From assembly GCA_021621525.1 (NCBI GenBank), contig JAJVUU010000001.1:1-57087 (forward strand): a stretch of 57,087 nt of DNA, given 5' to 3'. The notes beneath the pieces are model-generated. The model did no database searches. It worked only from the letters and a program-made list of their open reading frames with translations, and had not been told where the DNA came from. A program made the position numbers and the translations under genes. This stretch comes from Bacillales bacterium. Lineage in GTDB: Bacteria > Bacillota_I > Bacilli_A > RFN20 > CAG-288. Positions 19,917 through 27,155 of the stretch are shown here, piece after piece (position 1 is the stretch's first letter; each line of letters starts with the position of its first letter).

Positions 19917-20861
19917 TTAATTGGTCTTTCTTGAAAGTTCCTTCTTGAACGACTCGTATTCCATAAATATGACATCCTTATGGAATTCAGCAAGATTGGC
20001 ATGATGTTTCAAATCTTTTACGATCACAATCTGACATATACATGGATTCTTTGTCAGGATGATTCCGTGTTTTTCCATGATCTCCTTCTGTTTCAGAAGG
20101 TCATCGATATATAGGAAGACGACCTCCGGATCCAGGAAGAATACCTTCTGATACAGATTTGGATTATACAGGTTGATATCAAACCTGGCATGGGGTGGAG
20201 CAAAGAACATCTCCGTCTTCTTGGCATGCTGCCTCTTGATTTCCTTTTGCTTCTTCCGAAGGATTTCTTCTTCCTGGAAATGGATGGAATCATCCATGCA
20301 ATCTTTATATTTCTTCAACAGCTCTTCCATACCTAGCTTTGACCGCTTCAGCAGTTCCCTGAAGACTTCCATCGTCATCATGGCATCATCATCGCTTCGA
20401 TGGTATGTATAAGAGGTCAGCCCATATTCCTCGATCAGAGAATCCAATCCCGAAAAGTTGTTCCTTTGATTCAGCTTTTTTTCAAACCTTTGAATGTCAA
20501 AGAAGGAAAAGTCGATGATTGGAAGACCATATCTTCGACAGGAATAGGAAATATAGGAGACATCCTGGAAAACAGCAAAACCGAAGCAAAGCGTATCCTC
20601 ATCTTCGAGGAGGTTCTTGATTTCCTTATAATAATGAGGAAACGTGAATGCCCGCTGGAACTTGAAGAGAGGATAGGCAAGCTTGATTCCCTTACCGACC
20701 CTGGCATTGCCAAGCATGAACTTCGCAGCAGGATCGACCAGGATGTCCTTCTTCTTCAAGACCTTGAAGCTCTCATCGGTAAGGACATAGCCGAACGAAC
20801 AGATCTTTCCTTCTCCGTTCTGGCAGTTTGCACACTCAACATCAAAGAATAGGTATTTCAT
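19917..20861 (-). CDS. DEDDh 3'-5' exonuclease-domain protein
   Basis: 314 aa. The Exo I motif is FFDVECAN and the Exo III-like motif is YHRSDDDAMMT. A basic C-terminal extension follows. Confidence 0.65.
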   Translation of the reverse strand: MKYLFFDVECANCQNGEGKICSFGYVLTDESFKVLKKKDILVDPAAKFMLGNARVGKGIKLAYPLFKFQRAFTFPHYYKEIKNLLEDEDTLCFGFAVFQDVSYISYSCRRYGLPIIDFSFFDIQRFEKKLNQRNNFSGLDSLIEEYGLTSYTYHRSDDDAMMTMEVFRELLKRSKLGMEELLKKYKDCMDDSIHFQEEEILRKKQKEIKRQHAKKTEMFFAPPHARFDINLYNPNLYQKVFFLDPEVVFLYIDDLLKQKEIMEKHGIILTKNPCICQIVIVKDLKHHANLAEFHKDVIFMEYESFKKELSRKTN

Positions 20862-20955
20862 ATCACTTCATTTAAAACCTTAAAAATAGGAATAGCAAGA
20901 GAAAAACAAATATGTTCGCTCTCACCCTTCAGGCAGGCATGCTATAATCATTGCC

Positions 20956-21633
20956 ATGAAGCTCATAGAACGGATTAATCAGGCCAAGGCATGCATCTTC
21001 GACATGGACGGAACGCTTGTCGATTCCCTCTCCATATGGAATGACATCGACGAAACCTTTTTCCATGAGAGAGGCATGGAAGTCCCGAAGGATTATGACA
21101 AGACGATTTCCCATATGTCCTTCATGGAGATGGCAATCTATACCAAAGAGACCTATGGCATCAAGGAAAGTCCCGAGCAAATCTGTCAGATATGGTCAGA
21201 CATGTCAAAGAAAGCCTACCAGGAAACCATAAAGGTCAAGGACGGAGTCATCCCTTTTCTGGAATACCTGAAAAAGAGAGACATGCCTATGTCCTTGGCG
21301 ACGACAAACAAGGAAGAGCTCTACCTCCCCTGCCTGAAAAGGAATCATGTTGATATCTATTTCGACCATATCGAAAACGTCAACCGCCTGAACACCACCA
21401 AAAGAGAACCGAAGATTTATCTTGAACTTTCCAGACGAATGGAAGCAAAGCCAGAGGAAACCCTTGTCTTTGAAGACATCCTGACAGCCATAAAGACGGC
21501 AAAGTCTGCCTCCTTCAAGGTCATCGGCGTCTATGACAGGCAAAACCAGGCCGATTGGAATGAAATCAAAAGCATTTCCGATGACACCATCGACGATTAC
21601 CGGAAACTCATTCTTTCAGATCAATCCATCTAA
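20956..21633 (+). CDS. HAD-superfamily hydrolase (beta-phosphoglucomutase/phosphatase-like)
   Basis: 225 aa. Motif I is CIFDMDGTLVDS, and a later LATT.. motif and a ..FEDI.. motif are present. Confidence 0.75.
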   Translation: MKLIERINQAKACIFDMDGTLVDSLSIWNDIDETFFHERGMEVPKDYDKTISHMSFMEMAIYTKETYGIKESPEQICQIWSDMSKKAYQETIKVKDGVIPFLEYLKKRDMPMSLATTNKEELYLPCLKRNHVDIYFDHIENVNRLNTTKREPKIYLELSRRMEAKPEETLVFEDILTAIKTAKSASFKVIGVYDRQNQADWNEIKSISDDTIDDYRKLILSDQSI

Positions 21634-21686
21634 CATCCTCGAAAATCCTTGATTGGAATCTCAGGACTGATGAAATAAAAACAAAT

Positions 21687-21941
21687 CTACGCCTGTTCAT
21701 CATACTTCCTCATGGTCAGACCTTTTTGCTCATAATCAAAGAAGGTCTGCTTTTTTATTCCGATGAACTCATCGAAATGCATGTAGTAAAAGCCGACCGA
21801 GTCTGGATTTTCGACATCGACATCAAGATAACCGAAGCTAAAATGATATCTTGCTTCATCCGTATATATTTCTGTCTTTGTCGAGCTTATGCATTTATAA
21901 GTATATGACCCATAGGAAGTCTTGCAACCGGTATTTATATG
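21687..21941 (-). pseudogene. Start-less 84-codon open frame beginning HINTGC (probable 5'-truncated or nonsense-split lipoprotein remnant)
   Basis: It lies in frame directly after the TAG (21942..21944) of the upstream ORF. There is no ATG/GTG/TTG until codon 52, which is an ATG. The translation (..TGCKTSYGSYTYKC..DEARYHFSFGYLDVDVENPDSVGFYYMHFDEF..) looks protein-like. Confidence 0.4.
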
Positions 21942-22188
21942 CTAATCATCAACGTACTGAATCGTACCTTTGAAGAAATCAAGCAAATCCAAAATACCAT
22001 CCTTCAGACTTGGAACAGCTTCTTTGGTCTCGACGGAAAACACTTCATATATTTTATCGACATCCCTGTCCTTAGTATAATCACCTGATTGCTGAATTTT
22101 TTCCGCCATCACAGATTCATCCGTCCTGAGGATGCTGCATCCGGTCAAAGACAGGATGATAGGAAATAGAAAAATTACTTTTTTTCAT
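21942..22188 (-). pseudogene. Small lipoprotein gene interrupted by a frameshift in an A7 tract right after the start codon
   Basis: A GAGGAGGA SD and ATG (22186..22188) are followed by A7 (22179..22185). With 6 or 9 A's the frame would read MKKVIFLFPIILSLTGCSILRTDES... (signal peptide plus lipobox LTGC). As sequenced, the ATG frame stops after 23 codons. Confidence 0.55.
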
Positions 22189-22436
22189 GATTCCTCCTCA
22201 AAGATATGAATGCCGTCCAACCACTCATTATCGTACCAATCCACTGGTTCAGGTTCTTCACCATCAAACTTCCAAACTTTGAAAGACCAGATTCCTTCAT
22301 TGTCAGCATCAAACCCGTCCAACAAAGAAACATAATAGGCAATATGATAATTTGCAAATAAGCAGTCATCTTTTTTGGATTCACCGAAGCAACTTCTTTC
22401 ATTCTTCGCAGCAATTAAACATTTCCCGTTGATTAT
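22185..22436 (-). pseudogene. Start-less 83-codon open frame (acidic and Trp-rich) coupled by ATGA to the lipoprotein start
   Basis: The frame reads IINGKCLIAAKNERSC...EGIWSFKVWKFDGEEPEPVDWYDNEWLDGIHIFEEES*. It opens right after a TAG (22437..22439). The first canonical start is a TTG at codon 38. Its TGA overlaps ATG 22188. Confidence 0.35.
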
Positions 22437-22632
22437 CTAAAAAAAGAATATCACTTTCAAAATTGGTGTTCGACAAAAACATAAAATCTGTATCTTTCCT
22501 TATTTGCTAGCCAGAAAAGTTCAGTATCTCACCATGTTTCTCAATAAAACACATGATGGATATTTTATTTCATAAAATAAAACTCAGGGCAAACAAAAAC
22601 GCATACATCAGGAATCAATGTTTCAATTTTGA

Positions 22633-22661
22633 TTGACTAAGTCTTCAAAAAACATTAAACT
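22633..22661 (+). promoter_or_regulatory. Sigma-A-type promoter driving riboswitch 1
   Basis: -35 TTGACT (22633..22638), a 17-nt spacer, and -10 TAAACT (22656..22661). Confidence 0.6.
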
Positions 22662-22766
22662 AAACTCGCTTGGGGGAGTAGTTGTCGCCAAAAGCGAGGC
22701 TATGTCAACAACATGGTGTCCAAGGTTCAGGGCATCTGGCAAGTCATAAATAACGAGACTTAAGCA
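22662..22766 (+). promoter_or_regulatory. yybP-ykoY (Mn2+) riboswitch-like aptamer, copy 1
   Basis: It has the conserved GGGGAGTAG box (22673..22681) and a distal ATAAnnnGAGAC box (GAGAC at 22755..22759). The closing helix is GCTT (22668..22671) / AAGC (22762..22765), with internal helices in between. Confidence 0.6.
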
Positions 22767-22813
22767 GAATTACCAAAGTCAGTTTTGGTTTTTCTGCTTT
22801 GGTCTCGTTTTTT
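22753..22813 (+). terminator. Riboswitch 1 expression platform: long intrinsic terminator that sequesters the GAGAC box
   Basis: Nested stems are ACGAGAC/GTCTCGT, GCAGA/TCTGC and ACCAAA/TTTGGT, followed by TTTTTT. The 5' arm overlaps the 3' part of the aptamer, so the two folds are mutually exclusive. Confidence 0.7.
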
Positions 22814-22843
22814 CTCTCTCAGACCACAACGGAGGTTATCTAT

Positions 22844-23884
22844 ATGGGTTGGTGGGTTATTCCGGTTTACGCTCTGGACTTGGCTGCAATGGTTTTCTTG
22901 TCCTTCTTCCTTGGCAATCTGGTCGATATGCTGGACAAGAAGACAAAAATCTCAGGCGCATTCATCGGCGGCGTGCTTCTTGCAGCCGTCACGTCTCTTC
23001 CTGAGCTGTTCACGGCTCTTTCAAGCATCTTCTTGGTCAACGAGCCTGAATATGTCGTCGGAGACTTGCTAGGTTCCATCGTCTTCGACATCGTCTGCCT
23101 TGCCTTGGAGACATTCATCTTCGTCAAAAACTTCAAAAATGCCAAAATCCAGAAATTTCACCTTATCAACGGTGTTGCCTGTCTGATAATGTACGGTTTC
23201 GCTGCCTATGCCTTCTTTGCTCCAAAAGAAGCACAGCTGATGCTTGGCGACATCAATGCCATGTCCATCCTCATCTTTGCCTTATATATCCTGACAGTCA
23301 TCTTCCAGCCCAAGGAGGAAGATAAGCATGACGACAACGTAGATATAAAATGGTCTTTGAAGAAGATTGTCATCCTCTTTGTCATTTCCTCCATCGCATT
23401 GATCGGTTCATCCATTGCCCTTACCTATCTCACCAAGGGAATCCAGAATCTTGCCCCTGTCCTCAGCGGTTCTGTTGCCGGTGCCTTGCTTCTTGGTATC
23501 GGAACATCCATTCCGGAAATCATCTCCACTGCACAGCTCTTCCACAAGAAAAATTATGATGCAGGTATCGGAAACATGATTGGTTCCTGCACCTTCGATT
23601 TTGCCATCTTCGCCCTGTCTGACTTCCTTTCCTGGCATCAATACAACGATCATGTCGATGCATCCACTGGCGAATTCATCATCTCCCAGAGAGGCCTTTT
23701 TATCGCCACACCAGATGCCATACAGTTTGAACTCTTCGGCATCGGCATCTGCGCCTTGATCGTCGCCTTCCTAGCCTTGAAGTGTTTCACCAAACTCTTC
23801 GACAACAAGAAATTCTGCTACATTGCCACCGGCTTCACAGCCATCGCATCCTTGACCATGTATCTTCTCATCTTCATTCTCTAA
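22844..23884 (+). CDS. CaCA-family cation antiporter (Na+/Ca2+ exchanger-like membrane protein)
   Basis: 346 aa from ATG 22844 (GGAGG SD 8 nt upstream). It has two alpha-repeats, GGVLLAAVTSLPELFT and LLLGIGTSIPEIIST. Confidence 0.75.
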   Translation: MGWWVIPVYALDLAAMVFLSFFLGNLVDMLDKKTKISGAFIGGVLLAAVTSLPELFTALSSIFLVNEPEYVVGDLLGSIVFDIVCLALETFIFVKNFKNAKIQKFHLINGVACLIMYGFAAYAFFAPKEAQLMLGDINAMSILIFALYILTVIFQPKEEDKHDDNVDIKWSLKKIVILFVISSIALIGSSIALTYLTKGIQNLAPVLSGSVAGALLLGIGTSIPEIISTAQLFHKKNYDAGIGNMIGSCTFDFAIFALSDFLSWHQYNDHVDASTGEFIISQRGLFIATPDAIQFELFGIGICALIVAFLALKCFTKLFDNKKFCYIATGFTAIASLTMYLLIFIL

Positions 23885-23908
23885 ATATCAGAAAAGCAAA
23901 AGAAAGAC

Positions 23909-23993
23909 TCAGGGGAGTAATTTATCTTCATCATCCGTCAGCACGCAGAGAGAACTCTGCCGGATGATGACCCATAGCGGTAATGAGACCTGA
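23909..23993 (+). promoter_or_regulatory. yybP-ykoY (Mn2+) riboswitch-like aptamer, copy 2
   Basis: It has GGGGAGTAA (23912..23920) and GGTAATGAGAC (GAGAC at 23985..23989). The closing helix is TCAGG (23909..23913) / CCTGA (23989..23993). An internal 10-bp helix is TCATCATCCG / CGGATGATGA. No terminator is visible downstream. Confidence 0.55.
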
Positions 23994-24012
23994 CAAGAAA
24001 GGAACATCATTC

Positions 24013-26865
24013 ATGAAAAAGAATGAAACAAGGTCCGATAGGACCATAACTTCTTTTCCCTGCCACGCTCAAACCGCTTTTATTGTGGCTGAGGAATATC
24101 AAAGCAATCCCACAGATGGACTGAGTGAGGAAGAAGCCAAGCGAAGACTGAAAGAATACGGCCCGAACAAAATAGAAGAAAAGAAGAAAGCACCTTTCTT
24201 CATCAAGTTTTTAAGACAGTTCAAAGAACCGATGGTCATCGTTCTTCTTCTGGCTTCATTCATCTCTTTTGGTATCTTCCTTGTCAATGGCTTCATCAAT
24301 ATCAGTCAGGGTGCTTCCTTCTTCCTTTCAAAAGACGGAAGGGAAAACACGGAATACATCGATGGAATCGTCATCCTTGCCATCATCTTCCTCAATGCCA
24401 TCATCGGTGCCATCGAAGAGCAGAAATCCGAGCAGTCCCTGAACGCCCTGAAGAAGCTGTCTTCTCCCATCTGCAAGGTAAAAAGAGAAGGAAAGACGCT
24501 TCTTATCAAATCCGAGGATGTCGTCATAGGCGATATCGTGATACTGGAGGAGGGAGACATCCCTCCTGCAGATATAAGACTGTCCTTTTCCCTTGGCCTG
24601 AAATCAGATGAATCCTCATTGACAGGAGAATCTCTTCCCGTAGAAAAGGATGCTGAAATCGTCCTAAAGGAAGATACCTTGATCGCCGAAAGAAGCAACA
24701 TCGTCTACTCCGGCTGTCCGATATCCCAGGGAAGAGGGCAGGGCATCGTCATCCATACCGGTATGGAAAGCGAAGTAGGAAAGATTGCCAGCATGCTAAA
24801 TGATGGCAAAGATGATGAGACACCACTGCAGAAGAAACTATCAAGACTATCAAGACAGCTTGGTCTCATCTGCCTTGGCATCGTCATCATCACATTCCTC
24901 TCAGGACTCCTATGGATCCTTGTCAAAGCCAATCGAAATGGATATGAAAACTTATCCAAAGAAATCCTGTCCCTCTTTGAAGAGGCGATTGCCCTGGCTG
25001 TGGCAGCCATTCCCGAAGGACTTTCAGCCATCGTCACCATCGCCTTGGCCTTGGGTGTCACCAAGATGGTCAAAGCAAACACCATCGTAAGAAAGCTGCC
25101 ATCGGTAGAGACTCTTGGAAGCGTCAACGTCGTCTGCAGTGACAAGACCGGGACACTGACACAGAACAGGATGACGGTAAGAAAAATCTATCTCGACGGA
25201 AAGATAATCGATGCCGAGGATGTCGATAATAAAGAGTCTCTCTTCCTTGCCAAGGGTATGATGCTATGCACGAACGCTTCCATCAAGGATGACAGGATAG
25301 GAGATCCAACGGAAATCGCCCTCCTAGACTTTGCCAGAGCCTTTGGTATGGGAAAGGAAGAGACGGAAAAGCAGGAAAGACGGTTGGATGAACTGCCTTT
25401 CGATTCCGTAAGAAAGATGATGTCGGTCGAAAACGAATGCCAAGGAAGAAAAATCATCTACACCAAAGGTGCACTTGATTCGGTTCTGAAGCATACCACA
25501 AGAATCCAGGAAAAAGGTGTCATCCGTAAAATCACTGCCGAAGACATCAACAGAATCAATATTGCAAACAAAAAACTGGCAGGTAGCGGCTATAGAATCC
25601 TTGCTTTCGGCTATCGCTTTCATGACACCGACGAAAAGATGAAGGAAGAAGACATCATCTTCGTCGGATTTGTCTCCTTGATCGATCCAGAGAGAAAGGA
25701 AGCTGCTCCCGCCGTAAAGAAACTACGTGAAGCAGGAATCCGTACCGTCATGATAACAGGCGACCATCAGGACACTGCCTTTGCCATTGCAAAGAACCTA
25801 GATATTGCAAATGACATCTCCGAGTGCTGCAGCGGAGATGAGCTATCCTCGATGACCCAGGAAGACCTCCGTAGACGGGTCCAGACAGCAAACGTCTTCA
25901 GCAGAGTCTCCCCTCAGGACAAGGTCAATATCGTAAAAGCGCTCAAGGAAGAAGGCAATATCGTCAGCATGACCGGTGATGGCGTCAATGATGCTCCCTC
26001 CCTGAAGGCTGCCGACATCGGCATCGCCATGGGCATCAACGGAACAGATGTAGCCAAAAGTGCAGCCGACATGGTCTTAAGCGATGATAACTTTGCCTCC
26101 ATCGAAAAAGCCGTCGAAGAAGGAAGAAGCATCTACAGCAATATCAAGAAGACCATCTTCTATCTTCTTTCTTCCAACTTCGGGGAAGTCCTGGTCATGT
26201 TCTTCACCTTGCTCCTTGGTTTCCCGACACCGCTTGAAACGTTGCAGATTCTTTGGATCAACCTGATCACGGACTCGCTTCCTGCCATTTCCCTTTGTAT
26301 GTCAGCCAAGGAAAAAGACATCATGAAGCAACAGCCACGGAATCCAAAAGACGGTATCTTCTCCCATGGCGGATTCATATTCACTCTAGGCTATGGTACC
26401 CTCATCTTCTTGATCACATTCGCAGCCTACTTGATTCCCGGTATCCTTGCCTTCAGTGGCTCCAAGGCCTCTTTTGCTTTACAGATAAATGAAAGCTTTG
26501 AAAGAAGCTACCAAGGGTTCATCGCCTGTCTTGAAAACGAAGCCGTCCACAGGCAATGCACGACCTTTGCCTTCTGTGCCTTAGGCCTGTCACAGATTTT
26601 CCATATGCTCGGCATGTGCGACATCAAACAAAGCTTTCTTCATCTCTTCAAAGAAAGGAACATCATGGTTTATATCAGCTTCTTCCTTGGCCTGGCCTTA
26701 CAGATATTCGTTACGGAAGTGCCAGGAATCACGGATGTCTTCTCAACCATATCGCTAAGCTTCTTGGAATGGATGATTTTGATTTCGCTGTCTGTCATTC
26801 CTCTTGTCGTCCATGAAATGTTGGTGCCGTTCTTCAAGAAGCATGACCACCTACGGATCATATGA
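24013..26865 (+). CDS. P-type cation-transporting ATPase, type IIA (Ca2+/Mn2+ pump-like)
   Basis: 950 aa from ATG 24013 (AAAGGAA SD). The motifs are TGES, DKTGTLTQN, MITGDH, TGDGVNDAPSLK and PEGL. The track's ATG at 23983 lies inside the riboswitch. Confidence 0.9.
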   Translation: MKKNETRSDRTITSFPCHAQTAFIVAEEYQSNPTDGLSEEEAKRRLKEYGPNKIEEKKKAPFFIKFLRQFKEPMVIVLLLASFISFGIFLVNGFINISQGASFFLSKDGRENTEYIDGIVILAIIFLNAIIGAIEEQKSEQSLNALKKLSSPICKVKREGKTLLIKSEDVVIGDIVILEEGDIPPADIRLSFSLGLKSDESSLTGESLPVEKDAEIVLKEDTLIAERSNIVYSGCPISQGRGQGIVIHTGMESEVGKIASMLNDGKDDETPLQKKLSRLSRQLGLICLGIVIITFLSGLLWILVKANRNGYENLSKEILSLFEEAIALAVAAIPEGLSAIVTIALALGVTKMVKANTIVRKLPSVETLGSVNVVCSDKTGTLTQNRMTVRKIYLDGKIIDAEDVDNKESLFLAKGMMLCTNASIKDDRIGDPTEIALLDFARAFGMGKEETEKQERRLDELPFDSVRKMMSVENECQGRKIIYTKGALDSVLKHTTRIQEKGVIRKITAEDINRINIANKKLAGSGYRILAFGYRFHDTDEKMKEEDIIFVGFVSLIDPERKEAAPAVKKLREAGIRTVMITGDHQDTAFAIAKNLDIANDISECCSGDELSSMTQEDLRRRVQTANVFSRVSPQDKVNIVKALKEEGNIVSMTGDGVNDAPSLKAADIGIAMGINGTDVAKSAADMVLSDDNFASIEKAVEEGRSIYSNIKKTIFYLLSSNFGEVLVMFFTLLLGFPTPLETLQILWINLITDSLPAISLCMSAKEKDIMKQQPRNPKDGIFSHGGFIFTLGYGTLIFLITFAAYLIPGILAFSGSKASFALQINESFERSYQGFIACLENEAVHRQCTTFAFCALGLSQIFHMLGMCDIKQSFLHLFKERNIMVYISFFLGLALQIFVTEVPGITDVFSTISLSFLEWMILISLSVIPLVVHEMLVPFFKKHDHLRII

Positions 26866-26884
26866 CGATTTCGATTGTAAAAGA

Positions 26885-27133
26885 TCATTTCCGATATTTT
26901 TCAAGCAATTCGTCCCTTTCGTCTATGTCCTCCACTTCCTTGTAGCCACACTTCAGGAAGTCATGATAACGATCTGAACTTCTTATAAGCCTTCTCTTCT
27001 TCCTAGTCACATAACAGTGAGCTTCAAGAACATTGCCTGAAGGTTTCTTGTATTTGAAGTGCATCTTTGTGAAACGCTTGTGATAGCCCATGCATTCTTC
27101 TTCAAGTTTCCGGTAACATTCAAAAGCTATCAT
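26885..27133 (-). CDS. Hypothetical 82-aa basic Cys/His-rich protein (last gene of the cassette)
   Basis: ATG 27133 has an AAAGGAA SD 6 nt upstream. The sequence is MIAFECYRKLEEECMGYHKRF...EAHCYVTRKKRRLIRSSDRYHDFLKCGY.. with an acidic tail. I recognise no family. Confidence 0.5.
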   Translation of the reverse strand: MIAFECYRKLEEECMGYHKRFTKMHFKYKKPSGNVLEAHCYVTRKKRRLIRSSDRYHDFLKCGYKEVEDIDERDELLEKYRK

Positions 27134-27155
27134 AAAGATTCCTTTCAAAAAGATG

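Noticed and set aside
22175-22414. The track lists a 79-aa ORF (MLRRMKEVAS...) in the decayed region.
   Set aside because: It overlaps an alternative frame whose translation looks more protein-like and which ends in an ATGA coupling with the lipoprotein start. The track ORF starts at a TTG without an SD. I cannot decide firmly, so I reported the region as degenerate rather than calling this ORF.
23983-24012. Several track ORFs start upstream of the likely true start. Examples are the P-type ATPase at 23983, atpF at 4207, truA at 12779, spx at 14454, DUF523 at 15635, dus at 16098, the sirtuin at 37675, the lipoprotein at 51742 and GH13 at 52272.
   Set aside because: The upstream starts fall inside a riboswitch, a terminator or the preceding gene, and they lack an SD. 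The downstream ATGs have good SDs and give native-looking N-termini such as signal peptides and conserved motifs.
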